A stretch of 64,000 nt of DNA from a virus, in IMG/VR virus record IMGVR_UViG_3300036944_000561, positions 64,525 to 128,524 of that record, one strand, 5' to 3'. Below are positions 10,582 through 19,883 of this stretch, one piece after another. Below the pieces are notes generated by a model. That model was not told where the DNA came from, did not search any database, and worked only from the letters and a program-made list of their open reading frames with translations. Every line of letters starts with the position of its first letter. The stretch's first letter is position 1. A program made the translations under genes and the position numbers.

Positions 10582-10664
10582 CACATCGTCTGGTATTATC
10601 TTTCATTAAATATCCTCAAAGATAACAATTTTATCTTTGAGGGTATTTTATTATGCGTCAGACA
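10582..10664 (+). repeat. 83-bp repeat copy B (orphan copy of the DUF4815 promoter and first 4 codons)
   Basis: 78/83 identity to the reverse complement of 1371-1453; opens only MRQTTHLIRHHS*. Confidence 0.95.
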
Positions 10665-10670
10665 ACCCAT

Positions 10671-11300
10671 TTAATTCGACATCATAGTTAAGATTGAATT
10701 CAAACCTGACTTGGCTTTGCTTCTTCTCATACGAAACTCTAATTGTTCTTTGAGAGCCGCATCAATCAACTGATTTGAATATTCAACTTTATCTTGATAT
10801 TCTTCAGGAACGATTTCAGAATCAATATTCCGCAACAATACCCGAAGTGCTTCTCTGTTGAATTTAATTTCATATTCCCGATTGTAACGGAAAGTTTCAT
10901 ACTTGCGAACTTCTTTATCAGAACGATCCGTCAAAACTGCAAACCATTCGACTCTGTCGTCTTCTAAGAAAAATTCATAATCAACACCAGCTGAAGTGTG
11001 TTTGAGTTCTGGCATAATTGGACGAGTAAACCAATTCACCTTATCGACTGCCTCTACAAATAGCTCAACCCAACTCATATGCTTCGAATTAAACAACGCC
11101 AACGCTTCTATGTATTTGTGACCGTCCCTCTCAAATTCCTTCTGAGTCCCTTCGATAAATTGAATTGACCTATTCTTCAGATCATTTCCTACAGTATATC
11201 GACGACCAACAGAAATCACATCATAAATGGTTTCGCTGTTCAGCATAGCATCAACGGGATCTTGTATTTTGGATACCAATATCAATTCTTTAAAGTTCAT
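10671..11300 (-). CDS. Hypothetical protein
   Basis: 209-aa ORF on the local coding strand. Confidence 0.6.
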   Translation of the reverse strand: MNFKELILVSKIQDPVDAMLNSETIYDVISVGRRYTVGNDLKNRSIQFIEGTQKEFERDGHKYIEALALFNSKHMSWVELFVEAVDKVNWFTRPIMPELKHTSAGVDYEFFLEDDRVEWFAVLTDRSDKEVRKYETFRYNREYEIKFNREALRVLLRNIDSEIVPEEYQDKVEYSNQLIDAALKEQLEFRMRRSKAKSGLNSILTMMSN

Positions 11301-11314
11301 GATGATTACCGTTT

Positions 11315-11884
11315 CTAATTTCCAATAGTCAATTCAAATTTTTCTTTGAGGCTTTGCTTCAATATCCCATATCCCAACATGGTAAAGATATTGAAACAAG
11401 GGATTCCGCAATTACACCCGATCTGATATGCCCTGTTTGTTCAACCTTCAACTTGTCCAATTTTATTTGCAATGGGTGGAGCACACGCTATAACAAAATC
11501 AACAGGAGAATTCAAATCCTCGTCAAGAATTTCATAAACATTTCTCGTATGAAATTCTTGTTCACGGCGTGAGAGTTTGTTCCATGTTGGATGAACTTGG
11601 GACGCAATATATCGAGCTTCACTATAGTTGTCGAGTTCCCAAACATTTACAAATTTCAGTCGATTGTGTTGAGTGTATTCTATGAAGCCTGGAAAGGGAA
11701 CCATTGTTTTGAAATTCCCTCGTATCCCACACAATGAGCCTTCCTGAAAATTCTTATCAGAACCATCTGCTCCCCCGGAAATCCCATCAACTCCGAGATT
11801 GGACAATGCAACAGCAGTATTGAGAATCAACCTTTTATGAAAAGTCTTGATCTTTCTACTTCCAATCCCGGAATATTTCATCAA
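11315..11884 (-). pseudogene. DprA/SLOG-like protein interrupted by an in-frame TGA at 11441-11443
   Basis: YSGIGSR and ISGGADGSD motifs; the frame continues past TGA as (VEG*)TNRAYQIG...GIPCFNI to TAG at 11315, matching the family's GGT...IP.FN C-terminal motif. Confidence 0.65.
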
Positions 11885-11976
11885 TCAAATACCCAATCTA
11901 ATTCTGAAGAAATTTGTTTCAGAATTTCATTATGCGACATCGATCATTGTTCCGTCAAAGTCGACTGCTATAATCA

Positions 11977-12405
11977 TTACAATGGTTCCTTCATTTGTTC
12001 GATGATAGCGGCATACTGTGCAAAAAATGTTGTAATCGGCTCAAGAGATTCTTCACAGCTGGCAGCATAAATTTTCGGCATCAACTTGTTAGTCTTGTAC
12101 AAATTCATCCTACGCAAATATTCTTGCTTGATCATTTGAAGATTTGGTCGATATTCAACATACCCGGTTGTGAACACAATGTGCTTTGCAATGTTTCTAT
12201 AATCTTTGAACCCGACATTTGGAGTTACTTTCATACACACCAAAGAAATAATGGTGGCATTGTGCGCGAATTCTACAACATTGTACCCATCTACTTGAAC
12301 ATCATAACGGGAATCAGTGAAATCCAAGCTATCATCCGGTTCAGATGCCCGTGCTGGGATACAGAATAACAAACTCAACATAAATCCAATAATCAAATTT
12401 TTCAT
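11977..12405 (-). CDS. Exported hypothetical protein
   Basis: MKNLIIGFMLSLLFCIPARA signal-peptide-like start; GGAG SD. Confidence 0.55.
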   Translation of the reverse strand: MKNLIIGFMLSLLFCIPARASEPDDSLDFTDSRYDVQVDGYNVVEFAHNATIISLVCMKVTPNVGFKDYRNIAKHIVFTTGYVEYRPNLQMIKQEYLRRMNLYKTNKLMPKIYAASCEESLEPITTFFAQYAAIIEQMKEPL

Positions 12406-12454
12406 TTCACTCTCCAACAAATATTCTATAACAATATCATATCGCATATTGTAA

Positions 12455-12865
12455 TCATTCAAAACTGTTTTCAACTTCAATTATGTCATATGACCTATCG
12501 ATGGTCTCGATAACAATATCTACGGGATATGTTCCCCCAGATAATCTTCTAAAAATATTGGCGATTTGTGTCTTTAAAGCCGTTTTATCAACTTTCTCGG
12601 GACTCAAAGAAGGAACTTTCCTTTTAAACGAAATTCTAACAAAAATCGGCGTCGTGCAATTTCCTAAGAAGATTTTGTGAGTAGCATTATCTGATTGTTT
12701 ATTATCGAAAAATTCAATATCACATTGAATTAAACGGGGTAATTCTGTTGGAAACATATTTTTTCGTAGATGAACTTCCGGGTTCGTATCCTCGCTCATA
12801 TTTTCATATGGAACGAAAAATCTAAGGGATAAAGTATGATAATTGTTGAATGAAATAGTTTGCAT
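12455..12865 (-). CDS. Hypothetical protein
   Basis: ORF abutting the helicase stop. Confidence 0.5.
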   Translation of the reverse strand: MQTISFNNYHTLSLRFFVPYENMSEDTNPEVHLRKNMFPTELPRLIQCDIEFFDNKQSDNATHKIFLGNCTTPIFVRISFKRKVPSLSPEKVDKTALKTQIANIFRRLSGGTYPVDIVIETIDRSYDIIEVENSFE

Positions 12866-12867
12866 TT

Positions 12868-14601
12868 CTAGTACCCTCTCACCGCATCTAAAAACCAAGC
12901 CGGAATATATTCTTCACCTTGTGACAATACCCGGTCAAATGATTCATCTAGGATATATGTCACACCAAAATCATCAGTCCCTCTCGTAACTCTTCCCGCA
13001 CTTTGAACCACTCTCAAAACGGTGTCACGAATATACTGTCCTGGTAATTTATCACAGATATACTTCACCGCTGGATCCCCTAGGAACCCAAACGGAACCT
13101 TTGCAACCACCTGCCAAACACCCAACCGACCTTTGAGGTCATACCCTTCTTCCATAGAAGGAGACAAACAAATCACGCCTCCAGAATCTTTGCTCATTTC
13201 AAGAGATTTCATAGTCTGTGCTCTTTCACGTCCAACAAACATTCTACTCCGATGCTTAGACCTTGCCATCAATGCTTCGGCGAGTTTATAACTGGCCGTG
13301 TGAATTAGACCATTATCACCTTTATGTTCATCGGCCAATTCATCAATCGCTCTAACCATTTTCATGAGCCGATTTTCATCCGGGAATCCACCGCTCATTT
13401 TCACAACAGGGAGATAATTCACAATTCGTCTTTCAACATCAATCGGGTGTTTCATACTGATTTTGACATAGTCATCTTTTTCAATACCTATCTGTTTTGC
13501 ATAAGCATCTAGGCCACAAATGGTAGCAGACATGTGAACGAAATAGTCTGCTTTTCTGAATGCCCCGTATTCTGAAACATCAGCAACATTCACAGGTTGA
13601 AGAACAATTTCGGAATGTTCTGTTTCCAATTTCTGCACAATGAAATCTCTAACTCCGCAATCGGTCAAGATTTCACACACATCAGACAACCCCTGCATGT
13701 TGGTGATAATGCGCCAGCAAGTTTCAATAAATCTCTCTGGAATAGAATTAGTTTTCAATCTATCATTGATTTGATTAAGGAAAGCCTCAACATATTCATT
13801 GAGTTCTAACACTTTACCGATGAGTTCTTCCGGGAATGAAATCAGTTTACCAATTTTTCCTTTTAGGAAAACATATAGATGTTTTGAAATTTCGTCCAAT
13901 AGTGTATACGCCGGGTGAATACCCCCGGTTAACAGATTCAATGGTTGAAGATTTTCTGTAATGAAAGACAATGAGGTGTGATCTTTCAGGGTATCGGGAA
14001 ACTTATGACATTCATCAATAATCACCAAATCGGCCTGGTTTTCTGGAGCCATACAAAGCATCGGGCACATTTCAACGAACATTGCTGAATTGGTACACCG
14101 CCAATCACTAGCGTCAGTCCAGGTAATGCGACGTTTCACGTATGGACACATTTTACCGGGCGAACATTCTTTTTGAGAAATTGCTTTCTTACAACCCATT
14201 GTTGAAAAATGTTCGTGACCAATAGGACATTGATAATTTGTCTTTCCCTTCAAATCATACGTGTTGGTCTCACGCTCATATTGTGCTTGTAGTCCCTTGG
14301 TGGTCGTTGTCACTGTAGTGCGGAATCTCAGCCCGTTTAAGAGGCGAACGATGCTTCGGTGTACGGTAGCAGCAATGACAGTCTTACCAACGCCTGTCGG
14401 GGCTTCTAGGATCACGTGATGAACCCGTTTGTTCATCAAAGCATCAACCACTCCGATGATGGCTTCTTTCTGACCTTTGAAGAAGTTTTCATATGGAAAA
14501 CAATCAACAACGGCTTTTTCAATATCTTCGGTAGAAAATATCCCATTAAAATTCGCTAATATTTCGTCTGGCATTTGATTTCCCTCTATTTCTTTTGCCA
14601 T
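12868..14601 (-). CDS. DinG/Rad3-like SF2 helicase with Fe-S-type cysteines
   Basis: EAPTGVGKT, DECH, Cys cluster, QVVAKVPF and QSAGRVTRGTDDFGVTYILD motifs. Confidence 0.88.
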   Translation of the reverse strand: MAKEIEGNQMPDEILANFNGIFSTEDIEKAVVDCFPYENFFKGQKEAIIGVVDALMNKRVHHVILEAPTGVGKTVIAATVHRSIVRLLNGLRFRTTVTTTTKGLQAQYERETNTYDLKGKTNYQCPIGHEHFSTMGCKKAISQKECSPGKMCPYVKRRITWTDASDWRCTNSAMFVEMCPMLCMAPENQADLVIIDECHKFPDTLKDHTSLSFITENLQPLNLLTGGIHPAYTLLDEISKHLYVFLKGKIGKLISFPEELIGKVLELNEYVEAFLNQINDRLKTNSIPERFIETCWRIITNMQGLSDVCEILTDCGVRDFIVQKLETEHSEIVLQPVNVADVSEYGAFRKADYFVHMSATICGLDAYAKQIGIEKDDYVKISMKHPIDVERRIVNYLPVVKMSGGFPDENRLMKMVRAIDELADEHKGDNGLIHTASYKLAEALMARSKHRSRMFVGRERAQTMKSLEMSKDSGGVICLSPSMEEGYDLKGRLGVWQVVAKVPFGFLGDPAVKYICDKLPGQYIRDTVLRVVQSAGRVTRGTDDFGVTYILDESFDRVLSQGEEYIPAWFLDAVRGY

Positions 14602-14631
14602 TTTACCCGCTATTAAATATAGAAAATAGGT

Positions 14632-14910
14632 ATGAGGAGAGTTGTGATGAAATTAACATTCAAAACTCTGAACAATGGGTTCATTGTCCTCGTACACCCA
14701 TATTATCTGAAAAGTCCATATTTCGAATTAACTTGGTATGATGTTGGAAGATTAACGCAAAATGTAAACCCTAATGCTTCCATACCAAAAAGATTATTGT
14801 TCAAATTATTTTCTTTGGATAAAGAAGAGACCGTTAGAACATTGATGGAAATTGGAGACTTTTTAGCCGGACGAGAGTCCCTCAAATTAATTACCGGGAG
14901 CAAGCAATGA
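14632..14910 (+). CDS. Hypothetical protein (late)
   Basis: TTAAATA about 15-20 nt upstream; ATGA overlap with the next gene. Confidence 0.55.
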   Translation: MRRVVMKLTFKTLNNGFIVLVHPYYLKSPYFELTWYDVGRLTQNVNPNASIPKRLLFKLFSLDKEETVRTLMEIGDFLAGRESLKLITGSKQ

Positions 14911-15410
14911 GTATTCTAGGAAAAGCGCAGCTGTTGTTCAGCCTACAGACTCTTAATGATCTCTTAACTGCTCGCAATGGTATATTGATGCCCCCAGGCG
15001 GGAACCTTGGTATTCCAAGAACACAAATGCCCCAGATTTCTGATTGGAAAAGATTTGAAAATACTTTGAAGGAATATGGAATCAGTATCAAGAAGGTTAG
15101 ACGTCGCATCGGTGATTTGAAAATCATCCAAGGAGAAGTCAACAAAGATAAAGTTTTCAAATTGATGTTGAAATATCGAGAAGCCAATCAAAGAACCAGG
15201 GGTGGAATCAACATTCCTGGATTTCCTCCAGTGATTTCAAACGATGGTTATATTCTAGATGGGAATCATAGGCAAATTGCAATGTACAATGTCAATCGGC
15301 ATGCATATCAGGATTATACTATGATAGACATGCCGATCAAAGAACTTTACAGTTTCATTCGTGAAAACAATAGCGCATTCATGTTTTCAGTCAAATACAA
15401 ATCACTTTGA
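14907..15410 (+). CDS. ParB/Srx-like domain protein
   Basis: PPVISNDGYILDGNHR motif. Confidence 0.7.
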   Translation: MSILGKAQLLFSLQTLNDLLTARNGILMPPGGNLGIPRTQMPQISDWKRFENTLKEYGISIKKVRRRIGDLKIIQGEVNKDKVFKLMLKYREANQRTRGGINIPGFPPVISNDGYILDGNHRQIAMYNVNRHAYQDYTMIDMPIKELYSFIRENNSAFMFSVKYKSL

Positions 15411-16196
15411 TAAATCGAATTTTGAATAGTCAGAGAAATCTGGCTGTTCAAAATCAACCGACTTCAAAAATTTACCCGGCTTGACAGTCTTGTTTCCCAT
15501 CATGACACATTCACGTCCAACACGGACAACATACATATCATCACCAACATGATCATATTTCAAATCTGTGGTAGCAGGATCATATTCTTCACCGAATTTT
15601 GTTCCGGTCAGACCGTGTTCTTCATAATATTTGTCCATGGTTTCATTGAGAGCTTCAACCCCAACACAGATTTTGGACATGTTGCTGCGATGAACTTCAT
15701 CATAACATTTGTATGGGTCGATTCCCAGGAATTCTGAAACCCCTACAATCTGAACATGTAAACGCAACCACAAAGAGATAGCAAGATTTCGAACAACATC
15801 CGAATACCCGCTTTCGGCAACAACTTTTGAAAGTTCTCGGATATCGGCCAGATTTTGCTCAACCTTATCTGTTTGTGGGATATGGAGATTGTTGGCTCTC
15901 ATAGGAGAATCAGGGGTAGTCCACATGGTGTTTAAATGTTCAATTTCCTTAGGAGATAATTGGATCCCAAAATCGAATAGAATTCCATCAATAACGGTAA
16001 TCGAATCCCCGATAGCATCCAACACTTCTGTGGTGTTGTGTAACATATGGGCGTCGAAAAATTCATCTAGGAATTCTTCTTCCACTAAAGAGCATTGAGT
16101 ATCAACTTTCTGAACAATATTTTCAGGAGCGCAACCAAAAACATTCCCCATGCGCTTGTTCAATTCGTAAACTTTTTCAACTGATTCTGCAAACAT
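15402..16196 (-). CDS. MazG/PRA-PH-like all-alpha NTP pyrophosphohydrolase (candidate dUTPase/dTTPase)
   Basis: EEEFLDE, EVLDAIGDS and DEVHRSNMSK motifs. Confidence 0.8.
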   Translation of the reverse strand: MFAESVEKVYELNKRMGNVFGCAPENIVQKVDTQCSLVEEEFLDEFFDAHMLHNTTEVLDAIGDSITVIDGILFDFGIQLSPKEIEHLNTMWTTPDSPMRANNLHIPQTDKVEQNLADIRELSKVVAESGYSDVVRNLAISLWLRLHVQIVGVSEFLGIDPYKCYDEVHRSNMSKICVGVEALNETMDKYYEEHGLTGTKFGEEYDPATTDLKYDHVGDDMYVVRVGRECVMMGNKTVKPGKFLKSVDFEQPDFSDYSKFDLSK

Positions 16197-16204
16197 AACC
16201 CCTC

Positions 16205-16609
16205 CTAGAGAGCTCTGATAAATTCACCCACGTCTGGTGTCTTCACTAATTTTTGTCTTGGATCTGAATATTTCAAAACAGAAATTCCAAATTCTTTTGG
16301 CCGTTTCCCGTGAGAAGAAGAGAACCCGGTATCATCCGAAATGCGGCACAACCCCCAAGACTCTAACATTTGTGCAACAAATCGATTTCGTTTTATTTCA
16401 AAGTCAGTGATTTCACCCTCAATAACCAATGAAGTCGGAACAATGTGAAGTTGATTATCTACACAGATGACCACTGACACTTGCTCCAATTTCTTGGATT
16501 TAACTCCAACCAACCGACGAATAGTCTCTCTAATTTTCAAAAATTCTTCATGATCGATAGGATCGATTGTTACCTTACATTGTTCAAAGAACTCACGAAT
16601 CTTTGTCAT
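16205..16609 (-). CDS. regA: Translational repressor RegA
   Basis: EFLKIRETIRRL...LHIV...RNRFVAQMLESWGL resembles T4 RegA; syntenic after gp62. Confidence 0.8.
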   Translation of the reverse strand: MTKIREFFEQCKVTIDPIDHEEFLKIRETIRRLVGVKSKKLEQVSVVICVDNQLHIVPTSLVIEGEITDFEIKRNRFVAQMLESWGLCRISDDTGFSSSHGKRPKEFGISVLKYSDPRQKLVKTPDVGEFIRAL

Positions 16610-17006
16610 TTCGTTTACCGCCTCCAGATGTCCATTCTTTCAATGCTTCTATCTGAGCATTGGTCATCAGCCGTAGATAACTCTCACCAACTGATTGGTT
16701 GACTTTGTAGAAAGAACAGACCATTTTCAATTCTTCAGAAACAATAGACTTTTTAATCCATTTGTTATACCGTTTCTTTTTAGGTATCGCCGCCAACAAA
16801 TATTGGTATTGCATGTAAGAGTCAATATCGTGCAACTGATTCATGTTGGATGCTTCATAAAGAGTCTCATGATTCATCCCAAGACCCCGGCGAACCATAA
16901 ATGGGTCATATTTCGACTCAAGTAATTCGCTTGACATCAAATCTTGTTTGTGATGGTTGATAGAATTCAGCCAATCAAACAACCCAATTTCACCTTCTTC
17001 CGCCAT
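16593..17006 (-). CDS. gp62: Clamp loader small subunit gp62
   Basis: YDPFMVRRGLG and YLLAAIPKKKRYNKW; follows gp44. Confidence 0.88.
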   Translation of the reverse strand: MAEEGEIGLFDWLNSINHHKQDLMSSELLESKYDPFMVRRGLGMNHETLYEASNMNQLHDIDSYMQYQYLLAAIPKKKRYNKWIKKSIVSEELKMVCSFYKVNQSVGESYLRLMTNAQIEALKEWTSGGGKRNDKDS

Positions 17007-17017
17007 GACTCAACTCC

Positions 17018-18454
17018 TTAGATGAATTTGATCTCTGGTTCTGTCATGATGGATGTCAATGTGCTGAGAATATGAAGATATGGATCTGGCGTACCGGCAT
17101 GCCATTTCTGTTCTTCACCCAAAGTCGTTACCAGGTACGGTATTGAAGATTGTGTTACCCGAGCCGGGATTGTTTCTCTGATATTGACCGGGGGATATAG
17201 ATACCGGAAAAATCGTCCATAGAAATCTGGCCCAATAGTTTCAACATTGTCCATCACCCATTGTGAAAGATCTTTGAAGTTGTGTTCTTTCATGATCTTC
17301 AACAAATGGTCATATTGATCTCCTCCAAGAATTGAAATAATTCCTAGATCGATTTTTCCATTCTGTTGAGCATATGATTGTAGAGCACCCAATATAGACC
17401 GATTGTCTGGGTAATAATTTTGAACTACACCGAGAACAGCCTTCTTATCGAAGGGAACCCCTTCTTGAGTCAAGATTTCACAACATCTGAGACACATTTG
17501 AACCTTAAGAGAATCGGTGGTCTTTTTGTCCCAGATAAAATCTACCCGGCGACAACGGCTTACCAACGGCTTGACAATCTTTTGAATGCTGTTTGAGGTA
17601 AGAATGAATGAGCAATTTTTGCTCACACTTTCCATAATTCCCTTTAATGATTCCTGCGCGGCAACAGAAAGCCTTTCACAATTGTGGGTTACGATACCAT
17701 CTTCTGTCAAGAACGTATGGTTTTTGTTCACTGTTAGGTTCACCACACGTCTAACACCAACAAATTTAATAGATGTGATAAAATCCATCACGCGATTGTT
17801 AGATTCACCTCTAACAACCACCATATCGTACACAGAAAGTCCGGTTGAAATAGTTCTAGAAATAAAATCTTCATCTTCAAGTAAAATCATCGGATGATTT
17901 TCTGTTAAAAGAACGATTTTTCCAGAACGCAATTTGACTTCGAACACTTCAACTTCACGATCTTTGATAACTTCAGCGGTATCTTCCTCAAATTCGCCAG
18001 TTTCCATATTGAAAGAAGGAAGCGATAGTGTTTCACCAATATTCAAATCACCAATTCGAATAGAAACTTCATTCCCATTCTCGTCATAGGCAAGAATCTT
18101 TGTGTTTTCTTCCAAACATTCGTCAAGAATCACCACTTTCTGTTTAGCATTTCCAATAACTGAAACAGTGGTTGAATATTGAAGAACTTTGGTACGAATG
18201 TTGTCAATAGACGTGTCTAGTGAAGCATTGATGAACAATGGGGTACTACAACCGATTGCCGATGATAGAGCGCGAGCAGTGGTGGTTTTGCCTGTACCGG
18301 GTGTTGGGCTATACAATAAGAATGATGGAATACGACCTTCTGCTGCAAAGTTCAAGAATAAATCTTTTAATTCTTTTGGAAGAATGATATCTTCAATGTT
18401 GGTTGGACGATATTTCTGTTCCCAGATAAACTCATTTGGATTCGTTACTGACAT
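17018..18454 (-). CDS. gp44: Clamp loader AAA+ subunit gp44 containing an intein
   Basis: WEQKYRP, GTGKTT, NAS, VILDE and LVSRC motifs. Confidence 0.95.
   Translation of the reverse strand: MSVTNPNEFIWEQKYRPTNIEDIILPKELKDLFLNFAAEGRIPSFLLYSPTPGTGKTTTARALSSAIGCSTPLFINASLDTSIDNIRTKVLQYSTTVSVIGNAKQKVVILDECLEENTKILAYDENGNEVSIRIGDLNIGETLSLPSFNMETGEFEEDTAEVIKDREVEVFEVKLRSGKIVLLTENHPMILLEDEDFISRTISTGLSVYDMVVVRGESNNRVMDFITSIKFVGVRRVVNLTVNKNHTFLTEDGIVTHNCERLSVAAQESLKGIMESVSKNCSFILTSNSIQKIVKPLVSRCRRVDFIWDKKTTDSLKVQMCLRCCEILTQEGVPFDKKAVLGVVQNYYPDNRSILGALQSYAQQNGKIDLGIISILGGDQYDHLLKIMKEHNFKDLSQWVMDNVETIGPDFYGRFFRYLYPPVNIRETIPARVTQSSIPYLVTTLGEEQKWHAGTPDPYLHILSTLTSIMTEPEIKFI
17681..18118 (-). mobile_element. 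146-aa mini-intein (no endonuclease) inserted right after the Walker B DE
   Basis: Starts CLEENTKI; block B LTENHP; ends NLTV..NHTFLTEDGIVTHN followed by Cys+1. Confidence 0.95.
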
Positions 18455-18540
18455 GATGTGCCTTATAATGTCTGTTGAAGACGTGAAAATTGGGTGCCAA
18501 GCACGTTATGACACCCGACCAGCTTTCTGATTTGAAGATG

Positions 18541-19254
18541 TTAGTCTTCGATTTCACCACCAATTACATACAGAATCTTGTCATCCATGGTGCTGAATTT
18601 TGCATACTTCTGCTCAGAACTTGCTTCAATCTTATAATCACCGGGCATCATAAGCAAATAACTGGTTTTGAGCATGATGTATGCGTCTGGCTTGTCGGTT
18701 TCACCCAATTCAAGAACAAAGTCATTACTGGTGTCGACTCCTTTGGTTGTACCGACAAGGTACACTTTGCCTCCATCGTTCATCAGCTTGCAATATTCGT
18801 GACCCAGCAGTTTACATGCCCGATCGAAGCTATTGAATTGTTCTTCACTGATACATGCAACGATATCTCCGGGATCAAATTCCAAATCACCTTCTGGCAA
18901 TTCGACTAATGATTCGGCCGCTGCCCAGAAATTCATCTTGGTCTTTTTACCGTACAATGTAATCTTCTTTTCATCCATCTGAAGAATACAATCTTCATCT
19001 TTGAACTGCGGAAGTTTCAGAATACCCAAAAAGCTACTCAGGTCAGAAATTGGAAATGAAAATGGAATCTTTTCTTCAATTTCAGCAATCGCCAAAACAG
19101 ATGAATTCGCATTGGCTGTTCGTATCTGTTGTTTGAATCCAGTTTCTAAAGATGTATCTTCTACGGCTGCTTCTAATTTCATAGAAGGATTGATCTTTGA
19201 AAAGTTTGCAAGAATTGCGGTGGTACGGTTAGACAACGTCAATTTTTCTGACAT
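18541..19254 (-). CDS. gp45: Sliding clamp gp45
   Basis: LSNRTTAILANFSKINPS, FPISDLSSFLG and MMPGDYKI; precedes gp44. Confidence 0.92.
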   Translation of the reverse strand: MSEKLTLSNRTTAILANFSKINPSMKLEAAVEDTSLETGFKQQIRTANANSSVLAIAEIEEKIPFSFPISDLSSFLGILKLPQFKDEDCILQMDEKKITLYGKKTKMNFWAAAESLVELPEGDLEFDPGDIVACISEEQFNSFDRACKLLGHEYCKLMNDGGKVYLVGTTKGVDTSNDFVLELGETDKPDAYIMLKTSYLLMMPGDYKIEASSEQKYAKFSTMDDKILYVIGGEIED

Positions 19255-19348
19255 TTTGTTTTTCTCCTGAATGAAAATATGTCTTGTAGACGATTTACAT
19301 TATACGCTGAGCATTATTTGAAACAAATTTTTATTTCTCTTTGATCCA

Positions 19349-19386
19349 TTAAAATCATTTTCGGGCAAACCACGGGGTTTAGGGTA
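19349..19386 (-). repeat. 38-bp perfect repeat upstream of gp45 (other copy 52092-52129)
   Basis: Reverse complement is TACCCTAAACCCCGTGGTTTGCCCGAAAATGATTTTAA, identical to 52092-52129. Confidence 0.95.
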
Positions 19387-19451
19387 CTATCAAATCTCTA
19401 TTGAACAAAATGGTTTAAATAAAATAAATTGGATTAGAGAGATTTTATATA

Positions 19452-19883
19452 ATGGCTGTGTTAAAAACTTACAATGAGCGCCCGAATTTTTCGCGGTTGT
19501 CCGGGGATAAATTCGTCGATGTCGCTCTTGAATTCAAACGCCACCCGGTAACAAGTGATGTCACTGCTAAGACCGGACTCTCTGCTATTTCTCAGGCTAT
19601 CCGAAACATTTGTTTGACCAATCCTGGTGATATTGATGAGGAACCAGAATTTGGTGTAGGAGCTTCATCATACCTCGGGGAGAATATGAACCCCGTAGAT
19701 ATTATGAGTTTGAAGGAAAGAATACAGACACAATGTACCCGGTATGAACCGAGAGCTGAAGTGACTAGCGTGTTAGTCAATGCTGATTATGAAGGTCACA
19801 CGCTGAGTCTTAGAATCACCTATACCCCTGTCAACGTGGATACCGAAGAAACACTTACCATTGAAGTGACGAGGGTTCTGTAA
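19452..19883 (+). CDS. gp25: Baseplate wedge subunit gp25
   Basis: AISQAIRNICLTNPG..PEFG and YEPRAEV; TTAAATA upstream. Confidence 0.92.
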   Translation: MAVLKTYNERPNFSRLSGDKFVDVALEFKRHPVTSDVTAKTGLSAISQAIRNICLTNPGDIDEEPEFGVGASSYLGENMNPVDIMSLKERIQTQCTRYEPRAEVTSVLVNADYEGHTLSLRITYTPVNVDTEETLTIEVTRVL

